The position numbers were made by a program, and so were the translations under genes. Positions 52,583 through 60,779 of a stretch of DNA of 60,779 bases are shown piece by piece; positions within the stretch are counted from its first letter, which is position 1, and every line of letters starts with the position of its first letter. Below the pieces are notes generated by a model, which was not told where the DNA came from, ran no database searches, and was given only the letters and a program-made list of their open reading frames with translations. This stretch comes from Candidatus Poseidoniaceae archaeon (GTDB lineage: Archaea > Thermoplasmatota > Poseidoniia > Poseidoniales > Poseidoniaceae), in NCBI GenBank assembly GCA_029250345.1, contig JAQXFL010000016.1, positions 1 to 60,779 on the forward strand, given 5' to 3'.

Positions 52583-54328
52583 TCAAGAGTGAGTGAAGAC
52601 GAGCGTCGAAGCGTCAACCACCTTGGCGTAGCCGATTCTTTCAATCTGCAACATCGTGCCTTCCGGATAGTTGTGTTTTTCCATTTTTCCTTCGAGTCGA
52701 ACAATTTCACCGTCTTCTGCGAGAAGAAGTGTGGCATCGATGGCATTGGATGTACTCAACCAGTGGACGATCGGACGACGGTCATTACGCTCAATAGAGC
52801 CTATTGTTGCAATTTCCCCAGAAATCTCAATGTTGGCGAAGCCTTTCAATCGGATTTCTGTTTTCATAATGTCTTCCTCTTCCGCCCATACTGTATTGGG
52901 GGTTAAGTCAAACTTGCGAGCGCCGAGTTTCGGATGGTTCGGATGGACATCCACATCGATGGAATCCTCGTGTTCACCGACCAGTACGATTTCTTTCGGG
53001 TTTCGAACAAATGAGAGCCTTGGTGCATCATCATCGATGCTCTTGATATTGTGGGAGTAAAGTGTCGAAAGCGGAACAGAAATGTCCTTTTGTGTGACGC
53101 CTAACTCAACCCAGAAGTTACGAAGTGCTTCGGCGGTGATGCCTCTGTTTCTTAGACCAGTTAGTGTCGGTAGTCGTAAGTCATCCCAGCCAGAGAACAG
53201 CCCTGCTTCGATGTCTCTTCGCATCTGTGATGTTGAAAATCCTCCCCATTCGTGAACCTTGACACGGCCCCAATACATTGTTTCTGGATACGTCCAGCCA
53301 AAATGTGCGTAAAGTAGGGTTTGCTTTCGCGTAGAATCCATGAGGTCTTTTCCACGGATGATGTGGGTTACCCCTTGAAGATGGTCTTCGACAGCGCTTT
53401 GGAAGTCGAGCAGCGGCCATACCCGGTACTTTGAACCAATCTCAGGGCGTGGGTGTGGGTGTTCAGCAGTGTTTTGAATACGAAGTGCTGGCCAGTCTCG
53501 AAGTGCTGGATTCTTCAAATCCATTGCTGTTTTCACACGAACGACCGCATCGCCAGGGACGAATGTTCCATCGAGCATCTTTCTCCACAATTCCATGTTG
53601 AATTCCACTGTATTGAGCCGGCATGGGCATTCGGTTTTAGAAACTCGGAATTCCTTGAACGCTTCACCGCTGCATTGGCAGACATAACCGAAATCTCTCT
53701 GCAACATCATCTCTGCATGTTCGTAATACTGGGGGATGCGATCGCTGGCAATGACAATTCGATGAGGTTTGAAGCCTAACAACCATTCTGCTTCTTCAGG
53801 GATTTGTTGGTAGGCCACCGGGAGTGGTGGTTTGACGACGGTGTCCGTATCATCGAATCGCAGAATAAGCTCTCCGTCCCATTCTTCAGCGTATCTGCCG
53901 TTAATGACGATGCCACGGGCGTGGCCAAAGGAAAGTGGTCCGTTTGGGTTTGGTGCAAATCGAAGTACCACTTTTCCTTTCGTTGCATTTTTGAGTTCAG
54001 GCAACCCTTCTCGACGCTCTTTCTTTTCCCTCTTTTCAAGCAAGTGTGGTGCTTCTTGCTCAAGAATCGCCTGTAATGCTTCTATGCCTTTCTCGGCTGC
54101 CATTGCGTTTGCTTCGGCAACTGCTTTGGCAATGAGCGGTGAAATTATTTTTCCATGCGGTCGAAGGTCACTCCGAGTACCCATGAGACGGCCAATAACC
54201 GACCCGGGGGCTGCCTTACCTTCGTATTCAATTGCATTCTGCAGAGCAAGGTGTCTGAACGATGCAAGCGTTTTTTCATCAGGTGTCCACGTCATGGGGC
54301 TCAACCTTTCCTGCAACCGTTGCTTCAT
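52583..54328 (-). CDS. gltX: glutamate--tRNA ligase, archaeal type
   Basis: It matches the archaeal GluRS layout: KVVLRFAPNPNGPLSFGHARG, LILRFDDTD, AVVRVKTAMDLKNPALRDWPALRI, HPRPEIGSKYRVWPLLDFQSAVEDHLQGVTHIIRGKD and GWDDLRLPTLTGLRNRGI. The track start 54331 is TTG; ATG is at 54328. Confidence 0.9.
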   Translation of the reverse strand: MKQRLQERLSPMTWTPDEKTLASFRHLALQNAIEYEGKAAPGSVIGRLMGTRSDLRPHGKIISPLIAKAVAEANAMAAEKGIEALQAILEQEAPHLLEKREKKERREGLPELKNATKGKVVLRFAPNPNGPLSFGHARGIVINGRYAEEWDGELILRFDDTDTVVKPPLPVAYQQIPEEAEWLLGFKPHRIVIASDRIPQYYEHAEMMLQRDFGYVCQCSGEAFKEFRVSKTECPCRLNTVEFNMELWRKMLDGTFVPGDAVVRVKTAMDLKNPALRDWPALRIQNTAEHPHPRPEIGSKYRVWPLLDFQSAVEDHLQGVTHIIRGKDLMDSTRKQTLLYAHFGWTYPETMYWGRVKVHEWGGFSTSQMRRDIEAGLFSGWDDLRLPTLTGLRNRGITAEALRNFWVELGVTQKDISVPLSTLYSHNIKSIDDDAPRLSFVRNPKEIVLVGEHEDSIDVDVHPNHPKLGARKFDLTPNTVWAEEEDIMKTEIRLKGFANIEISGEIATIGSIERNDRRPIVHWLSTSNAIDATLLLAEDGEIVRLEGKMEKHNYPEGTMLQIERIGYAKVVDASTLVFTHS

Positions 54329-54354
54329 CAAGTGCTCGCACGAAGTCAGCCCGT

Positions 54355-55080
54355 TTACTCGAACAATGTTGATTGATGTTTGTCTCGAAATGGCCGCTTA
54401 GGTGGGTCTGTGCCGTAGATTTCATTCCATGCCCTCGTCACGGTTTTCCACGACCATCGAAGTGCTGGATGGGGTGTCTTGTCACATAAGAGGCCTGGCA
54501 GGGCAGCTTTCGTATTCGGATCGCTCGGATATCCAGAGCCAAGAGGTGAACCAATTTCGTCAGTCAGTTGATGAATTGCGTCGTCTCGTTTCACTTTTGC
54601 CAGAATGCTTGCCATACCAACAATCGCGTGATTCGTGTCTGCCTTGTGTTCTGAGTGGATGGTAGAATCATCCCATGGCCAATTTGGAAGTCGAGCAGCA
54701 ATCCGGTCGCTGAATCTTTGCTCATTGACATCGCATGCGTCGTTTAAGATGTATACCGGTTCTTTAACTTGTGAACGAATTTCTACAAGAGCCTCTGAAA
54801 ACAATTCCACTTCCAGTAAATTAAGGCCAGTTGATTGAACCGCATGGTCGATACGCTCGGGGTTGCATACGATGACTGAATGCTTCCAATTTCGTTGTTG
54901 GGCATTCATGTGAAACCATTCGACAAGTTGGAATCGTTTCTTGTGCGTTAAGTCCTTTGAATCCTTTACTCCATGTTCAACGAGCAGGTGAACATCGTCG
55001 GCCGGTATTGCAACAGCGCCAACCACTAACGGACCCAATACCGGACCACGACCTGCCTCATCTACTCCCACATTCCACAT
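54355..55080 (-). CDS. rnhB: ribonuclease HII
   Basis: N-terminus MWNVGVDEAGRGPVLGPLVVGAV (DEAGRG motif), with later DSKDLTHKKR and GSGYPSDPNT. 241 aa. Confidence 0.9.
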   Translation of the reverse strand: MWNVGVDEAGRGPVLGPLVVGAVAIPADDVHLLVEHGVKDSKDLTHKKRFQLVEWFHMNAQQRNWKHSVIVCNPERIDHAVQSTGLNLLEVELFSEALVEIRSQVKEPVYILNDACDVNEQRFSDRIAARLPNWPWDDSTIHSEHKADTNHAIVGMASILAKVKRDDAIHQLTDEIGSPLGSGYPSDPNTKAALPGLLCDKTPHPALRWSWKTVTRAWNEIYGTDPPKRPFRDKHQSTLFE

Positions 55081-55089
55081 ATGAACTCC

Positions 55090-57510
55090 TCAGATGTCCA
55101 AATCATCGTCGATTGGTTGGCTCATTTTTCGTGGTTGAACAGGGATGATGGGCTCAACTTGAGAAGGTGGTGTTTGAATGGCTAACGTTTCAAGTTCACG
55201 GGTAGGATGAGACCCAACTTTGATGTCGGCTAAGAGCGAATCAGCAGATGAACGCAAATCGTTGGAACTGTGGTGTTCAAGCACTGTCGTTGCGGCCTTC
55301 GTTAACGATGCATCAACCGGTGCACTTGCTTCTTTGTATGCTCCTGAACGTCGTTGAAACGCTTGTTTGAAATGTTCGGGATGAACCTTTACCGTTGAAT
55401 CTTGGACAGTTTCTTGCTCACTTGGCGCAAATTTGTTCATCCAATCTCCCACCGCTTCTTGTGGTTTGGGCTGATTGAGGGCATCCATTTCCATCTGTTC
55501 TGCAGTACGTTGATTTCGTGCAACAATGGATTTGTAGATGACGACTCCGGATACGAGAATCGCTCCAATCATCAGCGACCAAGCCTTGAGTACACTAAAA
55601 CCGGTGGATATCATTCCGAGCACGTCCAGTGCTTCTGTTTCAACCTCATCTTGCCAAGGCACACCTGTATAATCCCCTTTCGAGGTGTGGACAAACTCTG
55701 TGTTCGGTTGGAATTGTGAGCGTACGGTTGTGTTGACCCAAACTGTTCCGTTACTCGGCTGGTCTTGCGGTAAATCAATCCAAGCTCGGACAGTGAAATT
55801 GTATCCGATCGGTATCCCACTCACTTCAAACGATCTTGGATATTCAACGCCCTCCTCATAAACCGCAATTTTTGGAGGCAGGAAGGACATTGGCGTCGAA
55901 TGTGAAGACTGCAATTGGACAATTAAACCGTCTGCAGTGTTCCCTTCGTTTCTCAACGTCATGGCGATCGATAGCCTTCCATTGGAATCAGTTTCCTCTA
56001 TGATCTCAGTGAAGTTCCATCGAATGACTGGTGCAATTTTTACTGGAATGCGTGATATGCCAACTGTGGTGTCGGTGTTGAGCAGGTATGTTTCCACTAC
56101 AATCTCTCCAATTTCGAATGCTAACGCAGATGCGTTTGCAGTTATTTCGATCAAAGTGAGATTCATGTATTCGCCGGGTTGTAATTCGGTTGTCGATTGG
56201 ACCAATTGAGCAGATACAAATTCTGGAACTTGCTTTATTGAATATTCGAAAGAGTCAACGGCGTTGCCTCCGTTGTATACTTCGACATCAGCGCTGCAAC
56301 TCTCGGATGGCAACAGAGATTGGCATGCATCTGTTCGGAGTTCTACGCTACCGCTACGTTCCCAACCAATTGATGCGCCGATATCGACAGTTCGCGTATT
56401 TTGGATTGCTCCACCGGCGAACACACGCAGTCGGATATCGATTTCGCTTGAGTAGTCCAACGGCGCTTGGAATGCGATTTTGATAGTTCTCGATTCATTC
56501 GGCTGAAGGATGTTTTCTTCGAGTCCACCAAAAAGGGCCATTGTCCAACCATCGGTTGCAATTCGGTCAAAGTTAGGAATGTCCGGAATTACGTCTCCTT
56601 GTGCATCGATTGCTTCGAGCGTGATGTTAAGGTAATTCGGAGAATTGCCAGTGTTTCGTACATCTATGGAGACTCTCTCGACACCTCCTGGTTCTATGAC
56701 TGCATCTTCCCCAACTTGATCGATTGAGGCGTTTTTGAATTCATTCATCAGCATGTCAAAAGACCATTGTACAATGCCGCCATCAATGCCTGATACCGCA
56801 CTTATTTGGAATCGAGGCCCGTTGTTGTACAGCGGTGAACCATCGATAACAGACGGAACATCGACCCACAAATAAATGTAGGATGCCGTATCTTTTTGAA
56901 CGGTTTCATAGGCGTTTGGTCCATCTGTTGAATTCATTGTCCACCCCCAATTCCAACCGGATACGGTGTAGAGATTGAATGTGACATCGTCATCAAGAGT
57001 GGCATTATTGGTGATGTTCATCGCTACCGAAGTTCTCGTGTTTGGAGATACGATGAATGAGGATACGCCAGTTGTGCCAAAGTTGAGATTTGAATATGGT
57101 GTGACTCGGACTTGGAATGTTTCGGTTTGATTCCAGTTTGCATCGTTGAGTGACGTAAACAGTATCGAAAGATTGTAAACATCATATCCGGCATCAAGGT
57201 CTGCTGAAAGATTGAATTTGACTTGTCTCAGGTATCCACTTTCCAGTGTTTTACTAAGCGGTAGTCCCGTTATTGTCAAATTATCGACCGGTTCAACCAA
57301 GTCAAAATTGAATGTGTCTGCTTGGTCACCTCGATTATGGAGTGTGAACAAAACTTCAATTTGTTCTCCACGGTGAACCGTATATTGGTTGAGGCCAATC
57401 ACGTCAATTTGCGTATCCCGGCCTTCAACTGTTGATGGCTCACCGGCAGCACCTGCAAGTGGAACAATCACATGCATCAGTATGAGTATCCCAACGAACA
57501 CACTGCGCAT
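55090..57510 (-). CDS. cell-surface protein with repeated CARDB/NEW3-like (COG1470-type) domains, C-terminal TM and cytoplasmic tail
   Basis: The signal peptide is MRSVFVGILILMHVIVPLAGAAG. Repeated patterns of the FTLHNRGDQADTFNF, IDVRNTGNSPNYLNITL and MTLRNEGNTADGLIVQL type are present. The TM is AWSLMIGAILVSGVVIY, followed by an approximately 190-aa tail. It lies 9 bp upstream of rnhB. Confidence 0.65.
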   Translation of the reverse strand: MRSVFVGILILMHVIVPLAGAAGEPSTVEGRDTQIDVIGLNQYTVHRGEQIEVLFTLHNRGDQADTFNFDLVEPVDNLTITGLPLSKTLESGYLRQVKFNLSADLDAGYDVYNLSILFTSLNDANWNQTETFQVRVTPYSNLNFGTTGVSSFIVSPNTRTSVAMNITNNATLDDDVTFNLYTVSGWNWGWTMNSTDGPNAYETVQKDTASYIYLWVDVPSVIDGSPLYNNGPRFQISAVSGIDGGIVQWSFDMLMNEFKNASIDQVGEDAVIEPGGVERVSIDVRNTGNSPNYLNITLEAIDAQGDVIPDIPNFDRIATDGWTMALFGGLEENILQPNESRTIKIAFQAPLDYSSEIDIRLRVFAGGAIQNTRTVDIGASIGWERSGSVELRTDACQSLLPSESCSADVEVYNGGNAVDSFEYSIKQVPEFVSAQLVQSTTELQPGEYMNLTLIEITANASALAFEIGEIVVETYLLNTDTTVGISRIPVKIAPVIRWNFTEIIEETDSNGRLSIAMTLRNEGNTADGLIVQLQSSHSTPMSFLPPKIAVYEEGVEYPRSFEVSGIPIGYNFTVRAWIDLPQDQPSNGTVWVNTTVRSQFQPNTEFVHTSKGDYTGVPWQDEVETEALDVLGMISTGFSVLKAWSLMIGAILVSGVVIYKSIVARNQRTAEQMEMDALNQPKPQEAVGDWMNKFAPSEQETVQDSTVKVHPEHFKQAFQRRSGAYKEASAPVDASLTKAATTVLEHHSSNDLRSSADSLLADIKVGSHPTRELETLAIQTPPSQVEPIIPVQPRKMSQPIDDDLDI

Positions 57511-57604
57511 ATACGTTCCAAGCCATTCACCCTTTGAACTTCACCCAATCTCTGCATCAGCAGCACTTCGCAGTCTTCATCAAGCAGGAGTGATACGGAG
57601 CGTC

Positions 57605-57985
57605 ATGCCTCCTTTCTGGCCCTTCGGGAAAAAGAAGCAACCTTTGCAGTTGGATGAGCCTGAACCTCAAGCGATTGTTTATCGTAAAGATTCAGAGTCA
57701 ACCGAACAAACCCTCGCAGACTCCTCCCATCGTGAATCCGATGACTATATGGCTGCAGTCTCGTTGTTCGGCAACGGTGATACGACCATTAAAAGAGCGG
57801 AAGAGCAGTCACAATTTTACGAAGGAATTGTCGATTCAAGTACGCATGAAGTCAAAAATAAAATTGAATTCACCTGGGTTCATCATTCTGATGGCTATCA
57901 TTACAAGAAAAAGCCAGACGGTTCATTTGATCCAGCCCCTCACCAAAAGAACGATGATGGAACATATGTTCCTTACCAATCCTAG
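57605..57985 (+). CDS. hypothetical small cytoplasmic protein
   Basis: ORF 57389.. overlaps the divergent surface-protein gene. ATG 57605 (MPPFWPFGKKKQPLQ...) gives 126 aa. The C-terminus is FTWVHHSDGYHYKKKPDGSFDPAPH. Its stop overlaps the pheT stop in CTAG (57982-57985). Confidence 0.45.
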   Translation: MPPFWPFGKKKQPLQLDEPEPQAIVYRKDSESTEQTLADSSHRESDDYMAAVSLFGNGDTTIKRAEEQSQFYEGIVDSSTHEVKNKIEFTWVHHSDGYHYKKKPDGSFDPAPHQKNDDGTYVPYQS

Positions 57986-59730
57986 ACTGGGTCAGGAAGA
58001 ACAGATTGCAACGCTTGGATGTCGAATTCAGCACCGTTGAGCGGGACTTTGAGTTCATAGTGTGCACTGACAGAGGGGTCCATCTCTCCAAAGCAACCCA
58101 CATGAACACCTTTGACAATGACTTTTGCACAACGCCCGGCTAGCCAAGGTCCCATCTCACCACCGAGAGGTTCGATGGTGTAATCTGAAGCCCCTAAGTC
58201 TCTCATCAACGCTTGAATGCGGCCTCGAACTGCAGCAAAGCCGCCACCTTGCTCAGCCACAAGGAAAGCGAATCGGTCGCCGTTTGAATGGTTGCGAACA
58301 ACTGTTCCCAGTTCATAGACTGCTTGCGGGAGGTCATGATGCCTGTTCGATGCCATCAATCGAAACAAGCCTGGAAGCAAGTATTGTCGAAGCAATGTGT
58401 GTTCGATGGTTATTGGATTCGTAATTCGGGTGACATCACCCATTGCAGGCCATCTCATTGCTTCAAATTGGTCAAAATCATTGGAGAGAGTTAACGATTG
58501 AATTTGCATCAATCCAAGGCCTTGCAGCGACTCACGAATCCGTCTACGAACTTGTGAATCCGACCGAGGGATAGCTGTCATCGGTGCTTTGGGTACATCG
58601 TTGCCGAGGTCTTCGTAGCCGTGGCCAATCGCAACATCTTCTACCAGGTCGATTGGATGCAAAATGTCGAATCTCCATCTGGGCATTGCGAAGGTGAGGA
58701 CAGTATCGCCTTGAACTACATCCGACATTCGATTTTGCGGATTCGAAGTGAAGATCTCTGCAGGTTTGCGTCCCAGGAATTTGCCTCCCATTCTGTTCGT
58801 CGCAGCCTTAACTTCCTCATCGGATAAACTGCGTCCGAGTAAGCCGTCGAGTAATCGTTGCGTCACTTCATGCTGAATTGGCGCAGGGTTTGGCAAACTC
58901 TCGGACATTCCGTTGAAGCCAACCACTTCTATTGCTTCGATTGAACCGCCTCGTTCAGCAAGTTGGAGGGCGATTAACATCATGCTCGATTCACAGGCTC
59001 TTCGATCCCATCCTGTTACTTCAATGAAGAAATCTGTAGTCGAGTGTGTTACGGTCGTTTGGACACCGTTGATGATGGGCGGGAATGAAAGAACTTGGCC
59101 CTCAGAATCGGTAATGAGTGGGAATGAACTCAAGCCTTCGAGGAGATGAGCATAATCCACACCTTTCGGATGGGATGTCAACATTTCGGAGAGTGACAAT
59201 TCTTCATCCATGCCCAACGGGCAAAATCTGGTGTCCGGAGATGCTGCTTGAACGTGAAACGGAGGTGAGATGGTTGAGAGATCATGTACTCCAATGGATG
59301 CCCTGCGCCGTCCACGTCCGAGTGCAAAGTGCAGTTTTTCTTGGTGGTCCATAAGTGCCTTGATGAAGGCGTCTTTATCCTCTACATTGCCGCCAATAGA
59401 GATTCCACGAACGACAGCCCCGACAACGACAGGACGAATATGCTCTAATTCAGCATCAACGGTCATTGTGATCTCACCCTTGGTAACTTCCATACTTGGT
59501 TCGCTTTCAGCACCATGCAAGAAGGGTCGAATGGCTTTCGTTAGCGTCTCTCCTGACAGCAAATCTGGGCGATCAGGGAATATTTCGATATCGAGGACAT
59601 TCTCATCACAGGTGTCAATGTCTGTACCGAGAAGCGGTAATTGTTCATCCATCGCAACAATGTCGTGCACGAGGCCGTGCTTTTCGAGGAGTCTACGAAT
59701 GAGATTTTGTTCTACTGAGATTGTCGGCAT
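57982..59730 (-). CDS. pheT: phenylalanine--tRNA ligase beta subunit, archaeal type
   Basis: 582 aa. The N-terminus MPTISVEQNLIRRLLEKHG..., the length and the B3_4/B5-like middle (FPPIINGVQTTV) are typical of archaeal PheT. Confidence 0.85.
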   Translation of the reverse strand: MPTISVEQNLIRRLLEKHGLVHDIVAMDEQLPLLGTDIDTCDENVLDIEIFPDRPDLLSGETLTKAIRPFLHGAESEPSMEVTKGEITMTVDAELEHIRPVVVGAVVRGISIGGNVEDKDAFIKALMDHQEKLHFALGRGRRRASIGVHDLSTISPPFHVQAASPDTRFCPLGMDEELSLSEMLTSHPKGVDYAHLLEGLSSFPLITDSEGQVLSFPPIINGVQTTVTHSTTDFFIEVTGWDRRACESSMMLIALQLAERGGSIEAIEVVGFNGMSESLPNPAPIQHEVTQRLLDGLLGRSLSDEEVKAATNRMGGKFLGRKPAEIFTSNPQNRMSDVVQGDTVLTFAMPRWRFDILHPIDLVEDVAIGHGYEDLGNDVPKAPMTAIPRSDSQVRRRIRESLQGLGLMQIQSLTLSNDFDQFEAMRWPAMGDVTRITNPITIEHTLLRQYLLPGLFRLMASNRHHDLPQAVYELGTVVRNHSNGDRFAFLVAEQGGGFAAVRGRIQALMRDLGASDYTIEPLGGEMGPWLAGRCAKVIVKGVHVGCFGEMDPSVSAHYELKVPLNGAEFDIQALQSVLPDPV

Positions 59731-59739
59731 TGTATCAAC

Positions 59740-60779
59740 TCAACGTGAAAACCAGTGCGGTAATGGGCGGTCGTATCCAACCAGTCGTAGTCCGCTGATT
59801 GCTGCAGTCTCATAGTCGAGCGCTCGCAGGTGCTTGCGCTTGAGTAGGTCGATAGAATCGAGCCCAATGCGCTTGAGAATGGATGTCAGCTCGTTCGAAA
59901 TACTTTGTAGCCAGTGTGCTAAGTCCTGTGCGTCTTGCATTGGGACTTCGCAGCATATGACGTCAATGCCTGAAGCACGAAGAATTGCAATATCTGTGCC
60001 GCTTGCGGAAAGTCCGAGCAACATTCCAGTCTGTGTTGATGTTTCCGATAGATGACTTTTGGTTGACCTGCCAATCATTGGCAGGGCTGCTGCTTCTGCG
60101 ATACCAGATCCGTCTTCAATGCGGCTGACCGCCAAGTCGAGTCCATGGTGTGCGGAGCGTACATGCAACGATTCAACTCGGCCGACCGAATTAAGGAAGC
60201 CAAATGTCTTCTCCATCCCAAGAAGCGTTCTGACAGCGACAATGAATCCATCAATTTCTTCAGAATTCATGGCAGGCAAATCATCGATATCTGCAAGAGC
60301 CCCGTTCGAGACTTCCAGCAACTCAGGAGCATCTGCGAGGTTTTCAGAATCGAGGAGTACGATATCCATCGGTCGTGGGTTCATATGGGTGATGAACGGT
60401 TGTTGAGCCAATATTTGTGCTTCGAGCGGGTCGCTGTTTTTACCAAGCGAGAGTGATTTCCCGTCAGTGACAATTGGCAGTAATGGCAGTGGTAAAGCCA
60501 CTGGCGTATTACTTCCCCCACGCTCGGCAAGCAAAGTGATGGTGTCGCATGTTTGGTATGGCACCGAGTGGTGCAAGTCGCCTGCGACCAAGCCGATACT
60601 TGATAAATCCGAACGAGAGATTGGCATTTCCGGTGATTCCACTTGGAGAAGAGGGGAGTGAACGAGGCATACCGCATCTTTAGGGATCTCCATTTCAGGA
60701 TCGTTGAGTTCTTTGTTGATTGATTTGACTTCAGCGGCGGTGAGTGGCCGCAGTGCTACTCCTGCAGGAGGTGTTGGGC
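59740..60779 (-). CDS. hypothetical protein, possibly a divergent TIM-barrel (FMN-oxidoreductase/glutamate-synthase-like) fold; may be 5'-truncated by the window end
   Basis: ATG at 60693, but the frame stays open upstream to the window edge (...PTPPAGVALRPLTAAEVKSINKELNDPE-MEIPKD). Weak barrel-like patterns are LLGLSASGTDIAILRASGIDVICCEV and a C-terminal LKRKHLRALDYETAAISGL. It lies 9 bp upstream of pheT. Confidence 0.4.
   Translation of the reverse strand, partial: PTPPAGVALRPLTAAEVKSINKELNDPEMEIPKDAVCLVHSPLLQVESPEMPISRSDLSSIGLVAGDLHHSVPYQTCDTITLLAERGGSNTPVALPLPLLPIVTDGKSLSLGKNSDPLEAQILAQQPFITHMNPRPMDIVLLDSENLADAPELLEVSNGALADIDDLPAMNSEEIDGFIVAVRTLLGMEKTFGFLNSVGRVESLHVRSAHHGLDLAVSRIEDGSGIAEAAALPMIGRSTKSHLSETSTQTGMLLGLSASGTDIAILRASGIDVICCEVPMQDAQDLAHWLQSISNELTSILKRIGLDSIDLLKRKHLRALDYETAAISGLRLVGYDRPLPHWFSR

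Noticed and set aside
53832-54401. 189-aa plus ORF opposite gltX; likewise 59270-59815 opposite pheT and 41432-42004 opposite ORF 41302
   Set aside because: They are antisense to confidently identified or better-supported genes and have no motifs.
1-60779. CRISPR arrays, tRNA/rRNA genes, transposases, integrases and prophage genes
   Set aside because: I inspected all intergenic gaps over 40 bp (for example 2462-2636, 13484-13657, 25274-25505, 48034-48147 and 57511-57604). I saw no cloverleaf-like, repeat-spacer or box C/D (TGATGA...CTGA) patterns, and no ORF has recombinase or transposase motifs. A covariance-model scan (tRNAscan-SE, Infernal) would be needed to be certain.

Overview
Gene-dense segment (about 35 CDS on both strands, very short intergenic gaps, several 4-bp overlaps) that reads as archaeal. 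Hallmark genes are CDP-archaeol synthase, an AglB/STT3 oligosaccharyltransferase, archaeosine synthase ArcS, archaeal-type GluRS and PheRS-beta, ribosomal protein S15, RNase HII, and three proteins with class-III (type IV pilin-like) signal peptides. Gene content and the many giant surface proteins suggest a planktonic Thermoplasmatota such as Marine Group II/Poseidoniales; this is inference only and needs a database search. Roughly 2.6-37.3 kb forms a cell-envelope island. It holds four giant ORFs (3185, 1465, 1917 and 1848 aa, about 25 kb together), a membrane-anchored subtilase, one wHTH-STAND-TPR regulator, a translationally coupled trio of pilin-like genes and an MBL-fold hydrolase. The remainder mixes housekeeping genes (purD, dnaJ, arcS, rps15, gltX, rnhB, pheT) with further large membrane-anchored surface proteins, a GT2 glycosyltransferase, a lipoprotein metalloprotease and a Pcp-NUDIX fusion. 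I saw no rRNA, tRNA, CRISPR array, transposase or integrase. The most unusual items are the STT3 core embedded in a 3185-aa protein, the ATPase-less pilin-like trio beside a STAND regulator, a composite Ca-binding repeat module in the 1917-aa protein, and Trp/Pro-rich cytoplasmic tails shared by two giant proteins. All functional calls come from motif recognition by eye; no searches were run.
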